The position numbers and the translations under genes are program-made. This document shows positions 1-9,395 of a stretch of DNA of 64,000 bases, in pieces. Every line of letters begins with the position of its first letter. The first letter of the stretch is position 1. The notes below the pieces were generated by a model. The model was not told the DNA's origin. It saw only the letters and a program-made list of their open reading frames with translations, and searched no databases. Source of the DNA: a virus; the IMG/VR virus record IMGVR_UViG_3300011116_000925, positions 24,486 to 88,485 of that record. One strand, given 5' to 3'.

Positions 1-244
1 GCTCCAACCTAATTAAAAATTCTTTTAACTTTCCATCATGAAGATTATTAATGACATAATCTCTCATATTAAGATTGTATCCATGTAAGAATTGTTCCAT
101 CAACCATAATGGTCCAAAAAATGACAACAATGGTAGATTCATAAAATCTAAAATACCATACAACTGGTATTTCATCATTTGCATAATTGATCCAATCATG
201 CCTAAAATATACCAGCAAATACAAAACAATAAAAATAAATTCAT
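1..244 (-). CDS. hypothetical membrane protein, runs off the window edge
   Basis: Hand-translated frame MNLFLLFCICWYILGMIG... stays open to position 1; hydrophobic N-terminus; not in ORF track. Confidence 0.5.
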   Translation of the reverse strand, partial: MNLFLLFCICWYILGMIGSIMQMMKYQLYGILDFMNLPLLSFFGPLWLMEQFLHGYNLNMRDYVINNLHDGKLKEFLIRLE

Positions 245-278
245 CAATGTATCCTAGGTAGTTGAAAGTTATAAAATA

Positions 279-1163
279 TCATTTATAACTTTCAACTAAT
301 TCACTAAGTTCTCGAATTAATTGATCCAATTGTGGAACTCTAACAATTGCCGTTGATAGATTACCATAATGAGATTCTAAACATTCCATCAACAGATTTT
401 TAATATCTGATTCTACTGGACCATGTTGTAATGTGCTCTTTGCATACAATTCTTCAAGAATTTTTTCTTTAGATTGGAAATAATTATCCAACATTTCAAA
501 TGTCCATTCACCACGGCGAATGCTTTTCAATTGTTCTCTATTGCGTTGAATATCCAGATCATGTTCTGTAAGAATTTGTTCAACTTCGTTCAGTAAACGA
601 ACGATATGATATGCAAATTTTAGATCATAACCAAATTGTTTGATACTAGCATCTCTTTTTGGATTAGTTGCATTACTCTTATTTTTAATCTTATGAAGTT
701 GAGCATAAGCATAACCCTTAAATTTATGCCAACATCCCTTATGTAGGAAAATTTTTCGCTGTTCTCTAATTCGTTCTGCAATTTGAGTGCTGTGAATCAC
801 ACAATTTCTAGGCACAAATAAACTATCCAACATATTTGGATTGTTATCCATGCAAAGTTGGAAATATTTTACAATTCCGTAAATAGAAAAATCATATTCT
901 ACATTTGAACTCGTATCAATAATATGATGTTCAGACCATACGTCAAATTTTTGAATCTGACGACCAAATCCTGCAATTTCACCAGCTAGGTGTGGGAATA
1001 CCAATTCCTTAGGAGGAATACAAATACCATATACGTCTCTGTCACTATCATCGTTATTCACACCATAGGCTTGGCTGCCCATAATTACCATCATAACGGT
1101 ATTATTAGGCAGCCACTGTGGCGGATGAATTACATTCTGTTTGGATAGATGATCTAAAATCAT
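279..1163 (-). CDS. Pol-beta superfamily nucleotidyltransferase (Nuc-transf/RlaP-like)
   Basis: GSQAYG...DSDRD motif and YDLKFAYHIVRLL; start moved to ATG 1163 just after a promoter. Confidence 0.85.
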   Translation of the reverse strand: MILDHLSKQNVIHPPQWLPNNTVMMVIMGSQAYGVNNDDSDRDVYGICIPPKELVFPHLAGEIAGFGRQIQKFDVWSEHHIIDTSSNVEYDFSIYGIVKYFQLCMDNNPNMLDSLFVPRNCVIHSTQIAERIREQRKIFLHKGCWHKFKGYAYAQLHKIKNKSNATNPKRDASIKQFGYDLKFAYHIVRLLNEVEQILTEHDLDIQRNREQLKSIRRGEWTFEMLDNYFQSKEKILEELYAKSTLQHGPVESDIKNLLMECLESHYGNLSTAIVRVPQLDQLIRELSELVESYK

Positions 1164-1169
1164 AGTATT

Positions 1170-1197
1170 AGTATAACAGTTCTGCAATCTTGGTCAA
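1170..1197 (-). promoter_or_regulatory. sigma70-like promoter, leaderless arrangement
   Basis: TTGACC-N16-TATACT-N6-ATG. Confidence 0.65.
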
Positions 1198-1219
1198 GTT
1201 ACAGATTGAAGAAAAGTTA

Positions 1220-1777
1220 TTATTCAGAAACACTATTCAAGTCTGGTGGTAATCCCAAATCATTGTTTAATTTATTATACAAAGGAGCTGGAAGAGCACC
1301 CATTTTACCATTCATTACCTGATCTACCAAAGACGCGAGTTCTGGCCATGATTCCTTAACCTTTGTCGGACTTCTGTTGACAATTCGACTGATAATCTGA
1401 TGTTGAATAACTCGAATTTCTTCATTCTTGGCACGTAATTCTTCACCATATTTCATCATTGATTCAAATTCTTCATTTGTTACTGGAACTCGTTCTCCAC
1501 CATACGATCGACTTTGAGCAATTGGAATCATTCTGAATCCAAGATCAATTGTTCCCGTTCTTCCATCTTCCGCAACAACATAAACCATAGATTGTTGACT
1601 CAGATAATTCCCAGAAGGAGTATCAAGCATAGCACGAATATCCTCAGGAACTCTCATTAGAAGCAAATCAGCAAATTTATTCGTGTGTGTTTCCTTGTAA
1701 GATTTTGCAGCTGGAACCAATTTGACTTGTAGAGCCAAATTAGCGATATCTCCGGCATCTTGTCGATTAATTTTCAT
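1220..1777 (-). CDS. Nmad5-like (nucleotide-modification-associated) protein
   Basis: C-terminal KVKESWPEL...LPA...LNNDLGLP resembles Nmad5 proteins; start at MKINRQ after AGGA. Confidence 0.5.
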   Translation of the reverse strand: MKINRQDAGDIANLALQVKLVPAAKSYKETHTNKFADLLLMRVPEDIRAMLDTPSGNYLSQQSMVYVVAEDGRTGTIDLGFRMIPIAQSRSYGGERVPVTNEEFESMMKYGEELRAKNEEIRVIQHQIISRIVNRSPTKVKESWPELASLVDQVMNGKMGALPAPLYNKLNNDLGLPPDLNSVSE

Positions 1778-1793
1778 AATATTTTTTCCTAAG

Positions 1794-2213
1794 TTATGGT
1801 GATACAATGGCAATATGACGTGGAATAACGGTATTGTTTTTTGTTTGACCAGCTGATTCAGAAGTTGTCGTCATTGGTACCGCATTGAACAATGTTTCAA
1901 GGATCTTCTTCTCTCGCTCCATTTTATGAGTCTGTAGAAAGGTCATTAGATCCATATTTGGAGCAGACGGAAGCAATCGCATTTCATTTTCAGAATTAAG
2001 ATAATAAGCATTTATGGTAATTCCTCGAAGTGAATTCACCTTATCAATATAATATTGATCTCGCCTAAACCATCTAGATGCACCATCTACCAAATCCTTG
2101 GCTCGATATTTGGCTGTAACCAGACTAATGTAGTGCGGAGTAGCAACAAATCCCTTATTACTATAATTAAATTTTCCTGTGCCATCTGCAATCAAATAAA
2201 AATTCTTACTCAT
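1794..2213 (-). CDS. hypothetical protein
   Basis: ORF in a tightly packed minus-strand run. Confidence 0.6.
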   Translation of the reverse strand: MSKNFYLIADGTGKFNYSNKGFVATPHYISLVTAKYRAKDLVDGASRWFRRDQYYIDKVNSLRGITINAYYLNSENEMRLLPSAPNMDLMTFLQTHKMEREKKILETLFNAVPMTTTSESAGQTKNNTVIPRHIAIVSP

Positions 2214-2464
2214 TCCTTCTCTCCTTCAATTTTAAGAAACAATTCAATAGCTTGATCTGGATAATAGGCGCCATGAATCATTATGGCTTCCGTTATTTCC
2301 ATATCTGTAAGATGTAGATCTCTACCTTGGGATGCCTTAAATGAATCCCGCAAATATCCACACATCACAATATCATCGTTTGATAGATTTCTATGTGATG
2401 ACATAATCAATTGCTTCCTTTTTAGTTTTAAATGGACCATATACTCTAACGAATTCATCCGCAA
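2210..2464 (-). CDS. hypothetical protein (start uncertain)
   Basis: Stop overlaps the start of the next gene. Confidence 0.45.
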   Translation of the reverse strand: MRMNSLEYMVHLKLKRKQLIMSSHRNLSNDDIVMCGYLRDSFKASQGRDLHLTDMEITEAIMIHGAYYPDQAIELFLKIEGEKE

Positions 2465-2636
2465 TACTATTGAATATCATTAGATCACCACCTTTAAGGA
2501 ATCTAAAAGGAATTGGTTCACGATCTATTGCAAAACCAAGGTAATATCTAAAAGATACATATGATGGTTTATTCTGATATTTTTCATATTCAGTTTGAAT
2601 AAACCTATGTAGTTCTAGTCCAGATTTAATTTTCAT
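2391..2636 (-). CDS. hypothetical protein
   Basis: ORF starts 3 nt after the preceding stop. Confidence 0.5.
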   Translation of the reverse strand: MKIKSGLELHRFIQTEYEKYQNKPSYVSFRYYLGFAIDREPIPFRFLKGGDLMIFNSIADEFVRVYGPFKTKKEAIDYVIT

Positions 2637-2639
2637 TAA

Positions 2640-2948
2640 TTAAATCATATCTGCATTTGTATATACAAATGCCCAAAAAAACCAACCAATATTCCCACGT
2701 GGATCTTTCAGTTGGAATTGTTTTCCACATTCACGACGAATCTTTACCTTTGATACCACTTCCATAATATCACCAGGATTAGCAACTGAAGAAGTTTGCC
2801 AACCAATTAACTTACCACTAGTATTGGTAATCATTTCTCCTGCACTATTGGTGCCACCAGTGATATATGGTTCCTGTCGCTTATCCAAGAACAACATTTG
2901 TCGCATCTTGATCTTAGCACCAGGAACCATTAGAGTTCTCTTCAACAT
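2640..2948 (-). CDS. hypothetical protein
   Basis: ORF coupled to neighbours. Confidence 0.6.
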   Translation of the reverse strand: MLKRTLMVPGAKIKMRQMLFLDKRQEPYITGGTNSAGEMITNTSGKLIGWQTSSVANPGDIMEVVSKVKIRRECGKQFQLKDPRGNIGWFFWAFVYTNADMI

Positions 2949-3319
2949 AATTCTGAATCTTCTTCTTTCAATTCTTTCAATTGGATTTCAAGTTCTTTAA
3001 TTTTTTTCTGCCGAGTCTTTCTGATTAGGGCAGTTTGTGCAGTAATGGGAGTAATGCAAGTTTTTTCAATAAATCCACCATCACCCCAAAACCAAAAATT
3101 ATCCATTGTGACAGCAACTTCAATAATGTGTTGAAGTTTGCCTTCAAATACTCCTAAAAATTTATGATTTGCTGCAATATGATTTTCAACCGTTTGATCT
3201 TCACTCCAAACAATCCACAAGCCCATTTCATTGGGCTTGTGTTTCTTCATAAGGGTCTTGTATGCTTTACCCTTTTTGAAAAGCTGAAGTTTATTCTGAA
3301 GGTTGAAAGTATTATTCAT
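2942..3319 (-). CDS. hypothetical protein
   Basis: ORF coupled to neighbours; C-terminal coiled-coil-like segment. Confidence 0.65.
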   Translation of the reverse strand: MNNTFNLQNKLQLFKKGKAYKTLMKKHKPNEMGLWIVWSEDQTVENHIAANHKFLGVFEGKLQHIIEVAVTMDNFWFWGDGGFIEKTCITPITAQTALIRKTRQKKIKELEIQLKELKEEDSELC

Positions 3320-3429
3320 TAGAATAATCGAGTGACCCTGTCCAGTGTCACCAGGGTCATCATAACAACCCCACTAACACCAAAAGTCATAACAAGATTG
3401 GTAGCAAAGTTCATAAGAACGAAACTCAT
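3319..3429 (-). CDS. 36-aa hydrophobic small protein
   Basis: MSFVLMNFATNLVMTFGVSGVVMMTLVTLDRVTRLF; AAGGAG SD; TAATG overlap with next gene. Confidence 0.6.
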   Translation of the reverse strand: MSFVLMNFATNLVMTFGVSGVVMMTLVTLDRVTRLF

Positions 3430-3441
3430 TTTTATTTCTCC

Positions 3442-4488
3442 TTACTTCATCACAGTGATTTCAGCAATACGCTTCCAACGATCCGGCTCAGTCTTGTACA
3501 CATCAGCAATCTTCTGAACCGTACGCAAAGACAATTCACGGAGCCGACCAAGATTAGCGAACATGAAATCCACAATTTGATCGACCGCGGTAGGATCAGT
3601 GAATTCGTACGAATCGAGCATACCATCCTGTACAATCTGTCGAATTCGAAGCATCTTCTCTCGAGTGCTATGAATCGTCAGATCGATATAATGACTCCGC
3701 GATTCGAGAGCCTCGAGATGGCCTCGAATCTTCTTGCTGCGAACGTGATCAAAATTCACATTCGTGATGAAAATTGCAGAGCCCTTGAACTCGAAGCGGT
3801 TAGGTACGCCCTCCTGACGGAGCAGTCGACTGTCACTATTCCAGCTGATGAACCTCTTGGCGCTGGTATCGAGTGCAGCCTTCAAAATGTTCAGCGCAAT
3901 CTCGTCGAACAGGATGCTATCACAATCGTCGAAAGCCAGGACACAACCAGGTTCACTATATTCGAACAGCTTAGCATAGAGACCCAGAGCACTCATGCTG
4001 CCCTTGACAATCTCATACTTGACCTTGGTCTGTGCAATAACATCGAACATGCCCGAACGCTGGAGCACCTGTTCGACGCCAAAGCTCTTGCCGATGCCCG
4101 GAGGACCCGAGACGATCATCGATCGAACCGAACCATTCACGGCACCCTGGGTCATTACATCCAGAATCTCGAAGCGCTCACGGACTCGTTCGATGATCTG
4201 TTCATCGGTTTCCTCGACCTTCGGTTTCACATCAGGGACTTCAGTAGTTGATACCACGGTCGTATGCAGCGAATCGAGCATGTTGACAGTAGCAGGAATA
4301 ATGTATTCCTTCTTCGCGACCTTCACTCGAATGTTCTTGTTTTCGTATTCACCAGGAAGATCATCATTGGACTTAACGGTCACAAAACCGCCCTTCGTAC
4401 CAACTTGAAAATCCTTGACCAATTCAAAGGTCATTCCCGACACATCAATGCCTCGGAACGTCCCTTTAGTGATTGTAACGTAGCTCAT
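3442..4488 (-). CDS. AAA+ ATPase
   Basis: Walker A GPPGIGKS, Walker B LAFDDCD, ESR Arg finger; GAGG SD. Confidence 0.85.
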   Translation of the reverse strand: MSYVTITKGTFRGIDVSGMTFELVKDFQVGTKGGFVTVKSNDDLPGEYENKNIRVKVAKKEYIIPATVNMLDSLHTTVVSTTEVPDVKPKVEETDEQIIERVRERFEILDVMTQGAVNGSVRSMIVSGPPGIGKSFGVEQVLQRSGMFDVIAQTKVKYEIVKGSMSALGLYAKLFEYSEPGCVLAFDDCDSILFDEIALNILKAALDTSAKRFISWNSDSRLLRQEGVPNRFEFKGSAIFITNVNFDHVRSKKIRGHLEALESRSHYIDLTIHSTREKMLRIRQIVQDGMLDSYEFTDPTAVDQIVDFMFANLGRLRELSLRTVQKIADVYKTEPDRWKRIAEITVMK

Positions 4489-4606
4489 TTAACCTCAACA
4501 ATTAGTTGTTAACTGCTTACTTAATTATAATAACAAATCTTAGGAAAAACACAAGCAAATAATAGAGTAATATTAATGCGTTATCAACCTATTTTGAGTA
4601 ATTTTA

Positions 4607-4846
4607 TTACTTAGATTTGTCAATGATTTCAAACATGGTCGGAAGCACTCCAGTCATTTCTGATGCACTCCCACTGGTAATACGTATCTCCTTGAATTCA
4701 CTACATAATACCGATGTCATATTCATGTAACTATCATAAGTTCCATGCTTACGACTAATGGTTATATAGATTCTACCATTACGATTAGCTTGCCTAAAAC
4801 GTATACCTGGATGATTTTTACGTGCCTGTCCCAAATCTAGGGTCAT
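4607..4846 (-). CDS. hypothetical protein
   Basis: ORF with ATGA overlap to upstream gene. Confidence 0.5.
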   Translation of the reverse strand: MTLDLGQARKNHPGIRFRQANRNGRIYITISRKHGTYDSYMNMTSVLCSEFKEIRITSGSASEMTGVLPTMFEIIDKSK

Positions 4847-5103
4847 TCAGTGTCCTTAATAATAGTAAGCATATCAGGGAGTGGTCCATATGGATACCCT
4901 ATACGGCTCTCTAAATCAGATTTCCGTTCTATGCGTTGAATACCCAAAAAATATCGACCAATTTGAATACCCCATAATCGAGTGATTTCTCTTGACACAT
5001 TCTCAGGTAGAGCCCGCCTTCGGATGATTGTACCAGGGGTGTACAACCAATTTTCGATTGTAATACCTACCCGATTTCTCAACTTACCCGAGTAAATTCT
5101 CAT
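4843..5103 (-). CDS. hypothetical protein
   Basis: ATG 6 nt after a promoter -10 element. Confidence 0.55.
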   Translation of the reverse strand: MRIYSGKLRNRVGITIENWLYTPGTIIRRRALPENVSREITRLWGIQIGRYFLGIQRIERKSDLESRIGYPYGPLPDMLTIIKDTE

Positions 5104-5109
5104 ATTCAA

Positions 5110-5177
5110 ATGCTAACAGAATTCATTCAATTGTCAACCATTAAAAGTATTGTTTTTATAATAAAATATGTTACTAT
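5110..5177. promoter_or_regulatory. divergent sigma70-like promoters, both leaderless
   Basis: Minus: TTGACA-N16-TAGCAT-N6-ATG(5103). Plus: TTGTTT-N16-TACTAT-N6-ATG(5184). Confidence 0.6.
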
Positions 5178-5183
5178 AACACA

Positions 5184-5492
5184 ATGTATAAGATGTACCT
5201 CGATGATCTTAGGAATCCAAAAAATAATGGATTTATAATTGTCAGAAGCTTCAATGAAGCAGTGCAATATGTACAGACCCATGGATTTCCATCATATGTA
5301 AGCTTTGATCATGATTTAGGTGATCACGCAGAAAAAACAGGATATGATTTTGCCAAATATTTGGTGGATCTTGACCTAAATGGTATTATGAAAATGCCAG
5401 ATAATTTTGATTTCAATGTACACAGTGCTAATCCGGTTGGAGCTACCAATATCAAAAACTACATGGAGAATTATCTTCGTTACCGAGATTAA
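5184..5492 (+). CDS. cyclic-phosphate-processing receiver-domain protein
   Basis: YLDDLR, SFDHDLG, TGYD and HSANPVG motifs. Confidence 0.75.
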   Translation: MYKMYLDDLRNPKNNGFIIVRSFNEAVQYVQTHGFPSYVSFDHDLGDHAEKTGYDFAKYLVDLDLNGIMKMPDNFDFNVHSANPVGATNIKNYMENYLRYRD

Positions 5493-5500
5493 ATATCTAT

Positions 5501-6091
5501 ATGGTAACATTGGTTTATATTCATGGAGCTAATGCAACTGGAAACAGTTGGAATTATTTAAGAAGTAAAATAAAAGCAACCAATGAATATATCTTAGAAT
5601 ATTCAAGTTCAGTAAGATTTGAACAAAATTTTCAGAATATGATTAAATCTACTGAAAATTTAAATAGAGTATATCTAATTGGTCATAGTCTTGGTGGCAT
5701 ATATGCATATTATCTAGCCAATAAAATGCAAGGCAGATGTTTAGGTGGAATGAGTATTTCAACACCATTTGGTGGTATAAAATCTGCTTATCTACTTGGC
5801 TTCATTTTCCCATTTTATGCATTATTCCAAGATATAAAACCAACAAGTAAAGTTATTTCTCACATTTCCAATATCAAAAATATCAAAAATTGGACACAAG
5901 TAATAACTCACAAAGATTTTAGTCCATTACTTAGAAATAATAATGACGGTGTGGTGACCGTTGCTAGTCAACATAAAATCAACTGTGAAAAAATTACAAT
6001 GAATTTTAGCCACAATGAAATCCTGCAAAGTTCATCACTTGCAGGATTGATCATTAATAAAAGTGGTTTAAATTTAAATTCACAAATTTAA
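5501..6091 (+). CDS. alpha/beta hydrolase
   Basis: IHG, GHSLGG nucleophile elbow, NDGVV, C-terminal His. Confidence 0.85.
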   Translation: MVTLVYIHGANATGNSWNYLRSKIKATNEYILEYSSSVRFEQNFQNMIKSTENLNRVYLIGHSLGGIYAYYLANKMQGRCLGGMSISTPFGGIKSAYLLGFIFPFYALFQDIKPTSKVISHISNIKNIKNWTQVITHKDFSPLLRNNNDGVVTVASQHKINCEKITMNFSHNEILQSSSLAGLIINKSGLNLNSQI

Positions 6092-6483
6092 TCAGCCTGT
6101 CGAACAAAATAGTGAATTCGTTCTGCAGCATTTCCAAAATATTCTCTGCAACAATTTACTACTTCATTGACATCATATGGTTTGCAACTAAAACAATCAA
6201 AATAATAAGAACCTAATCCAGTATTCTTGGGATCATATTCAACAAAATGAACACATATATTTGACGTTTCTATCAATTGCATAGCAGTAATGCCTAGTTT
6301 ATTACCACTTCCAAATCGAACGATTTGAGGTTCTCCATATGGTACCATATCGATACGAGTTACCAAATCTTTGATAAAGGCATAAATTAAATCAGGATCA
6401 CTAATCTTTTTAATATCTGCGCCGCCTGCATCAATTGATAGATGATATCCCCAATATGGGGAATTGTCGTCAGTTGTGTTCAT
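6088..6483 (-). CDS. speD: pyruvoyl-dependent SAM decarboxylase (SpeD) family protein
   Basis: WGYHLSID, IETSNICVHF (self-cleavage Ser), DCFSC; start at MNTT after AGGGA. Confidence 0.75.
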   Translation of the reverse strand: MNTTDDNSPYWGYHLSIDAGGADIKKISDPDLIYAFIKDLVTRIDMVPYGEPQIVRFGSGNKLGITAMQLIETSNICVHFVEYDPKNTGLGSYYFDCFSCKPYDVNEVVNCCREYFGNAAERIHYFVRQAD

Positions 6484-6553
6484 TACATAAAATCCCTTTC
6501 TAGGCTTCTTAGATCTATTTATAAGTTCTTTTGATGAAAGAATCAATTTCTTT

Positions 6554-7072
6554 CTAATCGTATATTTTAGGAAATCCTACTATCATTTTTCGTTTTTTTG
6601 TTCCCATTATTTCACGATAATAATGATATCCATCATCATCCAATTCAATTTTTTTCCCAGGCAATAATAACTTAACATAAGTATTGGATACTGGTTTAGC
6701 ACCTAATTTAATAAAATGATCTTCCATTTTATCACTAACTTCAGACCATGTTGTTTTCATAGATAAGTCTTGTTTTGATAATAAGTGGAAATCCCTAGTT
6801 CCCTGTTTTGTCTGATTTGTACCACTTGCTATTCCTTTTCTACCAAATGAATCTTTATAAATGCGGAATGCAGTAATATGATCACCACGCTTAATTATTT
6901 TCCAAATTCCAGAATCATAGATTAATTCTTTTTTATCTTTCGCACCCTTATATCCACCAACATATGAATATGATTTAGATAGCATATCCCATATTTGATC
7001 TACATATTCTTGTTTTGCATCTGGATCAATGAGATTTAATACTCTTTCCAGAAGCATAATATCAGCTTTCAT
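6554..7072 (-). CDS. hypothetical protein, possible head-packaged protein
   Basis: N-terminus MKADIMLLE resembles a cleavable head-targeting leader. Confidence 0.6.
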   Translation of the reverse strand: MKADIMLLERVLNLIDPDAKQEYVDQIWDMLSKSYSYVGGYKGAKDKKELIYDSGIWKIIKRGDHITAFRIYKDSFGRKGIASGTNQTKQGTRDFHLLSKQDLSMKTTWSEVSDKMEDHFIKLGAKPVSNTYVKLLLPGKKIELDDDGYHYYREIMGTKKRKMIVGFPKIYD

Positions 7073-7075
7073 TTT

Positions 7076-7618
7076 TCATTTCCTCACATATCCATAGCCA
7101 ACAATGAAATTAGGTGGAATTATTTTTGGATACCGAATTTCTGTTCTAGCATAATATTCAACATCTGACATTCCACCATCTATCACTAATTTTTGATATT
7201 CTTCTTTATCACTAAGCCTTTTTGCAATTTCAGTCATTGCTCCTCTCATTGGAGCCATTTTATGTAAAAAATCACTCTGTGGAATTTTAATTACAAAAGT
7301 AACACGTTCATGATTGGGTACATGTAATACTTTTGCACCAACACTTCTAAAAGTTTTTAATCGAAATTGTGTTTCTCCACCTGCTCCACTCATACTTGCA
7401 TATCCATGTGCTGTATTTGGTTCTAATGCCAATGAAACCCAACCAGCAGTATAGCCTTCTAAAGGAGCAGATAATCCATTTTTTAAAACACTATCAATAT
7501 TTCGCTCATGTGTTCCATGATAAAATATCACAGGATCAGAATCTAACCACCAACCTATTTTTGTAAATCTAGCAATTTGTAATGGCTCAGTTGATTCAAA
7601 TATCTCATAAAATCGCAT
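7076..7618 (-). CDS. ADP-ribosyltransferase-fold protein
   Basis: FYHGT, VLKNGL, VSLA...AHGYA and late EIRY...IPP pattern; MRFYEIFE leader. Confidence 0.6.
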   Translation of the reverse strand: MRFYEIFESTEPLQIARFTKIGWWLDSDPVIFYHGTHERNIDSVLKNGLSAPLEGYTAGWVSLALEPNTAHGYASMSGAGGETQFRLKTFRSVGAKVLHVPNHERVTFVIKIPQSDFLHKMAPMRGAMTEIAKRLSDKEEYQKLVIDGGMSDVEYYARTEIRYPKIIPPNFIVGYGYVRK

Positions 7619-7621
7619 TCA

Positions 7622-8584
7622 TTATTTATTTTTATTCTTAATCAATTTAAATGAACTCTGCATCTGACAGACCCATGACCATGCTAATGTTGCTGCTGCC
7701 AATGATGTAATATTATTGACATCATATGATGGAGCTACTTCAACAAAATCTGCCCCTATCCAATCTAAGAATAAATTTTCAATTAAATACTTTGCCTGCA
7801 ATGTTGTCAATCCACCTATTTCTGGTGTGCCAGTGCCTGGAGCATATGCTGGATCTAGGCAATCAATATCAAAGGTTAGATAACATTTTTTATTCCCGAC
7901 CACATTTCTAATTTGATCAACAATAGAATCAATATTTCTTTTTATAAAATCAATAGGTGTGATCACGGTTCCACCTTCGTTTGAAAAATAATCACCTGAT
8001 TTTAAATCTGCTGGACTGCGTATTCCAATTTGTACACTCTTAGATGCATCAACGAAACCTTCTTGTATCGCATTGTACATCCAAGTTCCATGTCCATAAT
8101 ATCCTGAACCATGCTTAAACCAAGTATCACAATGCGCATCAAAATGAACTACACTGATAGGAAATTCATATTCATTCCACAATGAATATCCAATTCCTCT
8201 AAGAATTCCTCGAGTAATGCTATGATCACCACCAAAAATTAATGGAATATTTTTATTAGGCACTAAAATTGTTTGAATATATGATTGAATTTTATCATGA
8301 CATTCTGATACCTCGAATGCGTTATTAATAGCGAGGTCACCCGAATCCCAAATATGATTATAATCAACCATATTATGGAATGTCGGGTGACATCCATCAG
8401 TAAGCATAAGGCTTGCTTCACGAATGGCTGCCGGACCTTGCCTTGCTCCTGATCTAAATGTTGTCGCTGCATCATATGGAATTCCCAATACCTGGATAGA
8501 ATTCCTTTGTTCAATATTTCCTGATTTTAGAAAAGTTCGTATACCATGCATTGGCATGATATCTAGATCTTTATGAATCAACAT
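7622..8584 (-). CDS. speB: agmatinase (ureohydrolase family)
   Basis: GGDHS, DAHCD and TFDIDCLDPAYAPGTGTP motifs. Confidence 0.88.
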   Translation of the reverse strand: MLIHKDLDIMPMHGIRTFLKSGNIEQRNSIQVLGIPYDAATTFRSGARQGPAAIREASLMLTDGCHPTFHNMVDYNHIWDSGDLAINNAFEVSECHDKIQSYIQTILVPNKNIPLIFGGDHSITRGILRGIGYSLWNEYEFPISVVHFDAHCDTWFKHGSGYYGHGTWMYNAIQEGFVDASKSVQIGIRSPADLKSGDYFSNEGGTVITPIDFIKRNIDSIVDQIRNVVGNKKCYLTFDIDCLDPAYAPGTGTPEIGGLTTLQAKYLIENLFLDWIGADFVEVAPSYDVNNITSLAAATLAWSWVCQMQSSFKLIKNKNK

Positions 8585-8826
8585 ACTACGGTCTTTACCA
8601 TAGTAATATATTTTCCTAATATTAATTTTAAATTATTATTATGTTGAATAAATTCAACATAATATTTGGTACTACAATTAGCACTGCAAAATGGATATAA
8701 TATTTCATCTTTAACAAAATAATAAGTTGGTTCATTTGCCACATGAGCTGTTAACATTCCATCATCATTAGATGACCAATTTCGATGTAATAAACAATTT
8801 AATCCACAGGTAGTACAATTATACAC
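8578..8826 (-). CDS. small Cys-rich (Zn-binding) protein
   Basis: CxxC...FCSANC. Confidence 0.5.
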   Translation of the reverse strand: MYNCTTCGLNCLLHRNWSSNDDGMLTAHVANEPTYYFVKDEILYPFCSANCSTKYYVEFIQHNNNLKLILGKYITMVKTVVC

Positions 8827-9091
8827 GACAGCTCATCAAAGTTTGTACATATCCACGTAGAGCATGAATAGTAAGATAATCAATATTGGTCATTTCTTTT
8901 TCTTGCCCTTTATATTTTTCTAAAAGTTGTGATAACATCATTCCAAAATATAAGGCATCATCACCTCGGAAAAATATTCCTGGCCAATCATTATTGATTA
9001 TTAAGGCTCCACTCTCAATCCTATCACCATGTTCCTTGATATGAAATGGATCTGGTATTTTACTTAAATCTGCTGTAATTTCTTGCATCAA
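8819..9091 (-). CDS. hypothetical protein
   Basis: Coupled ORF with DWPGIFFRGD. Confidence 0.65.
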   Translation of the reverse strand: MMQEITADLSKIPDPFHIKEHGDRIESGALIINNDWPGIFFRGDDALYFGMMLSQLLEKYKGQEKEMTNIDYLTIHALRGYVQTLMSCRV

Positions 9092-9393
9092 TGACTCAAC
9101 ACATTTACCAATAAATTAATAATTTCAGAATCTGATTTTGATGATACAAAACCTAATGATTTCTTTTTATTTAAGAATGATTTCAATTTGCGTGAAACTC
9201 CTTCTTCATTATATTTAGCTTCAACCATGTCTCGACGTATGATATATCGGCCTTCGCTATGTAACCAACAATATATCCCAAGATTAAAATCAACTAATTC
9301 ACCAAGATAATAAACATATGTGCTATTTTCAACAGGAATTGGATAATCAACCATCAAACTCATTGATCGCTCTTTACAATCAATATTGTTCAT
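9088..9393 (-). CDS. hypothetical protein
   Basis: Coupled ORF. Confidence 0.55.
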   Translation of the reverse strand: MNNIDCKERSMSLMVDYPIPVENSTYVYYLGELVDFNLGIYCWLHSEGRYIIRRDMVEAKYNEEGVSRKLKSFLNKKKSLGFVSSKSDSEIINLLVNVLSH

Positions 9394-9395
9394 AT

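Noticed and set aside
3577-4512. Long plus-strand ORFs (224, 137 and 82 aa)
   Set aside because: Antisense shadows of the GC-rich ATPase gene, with no motifs
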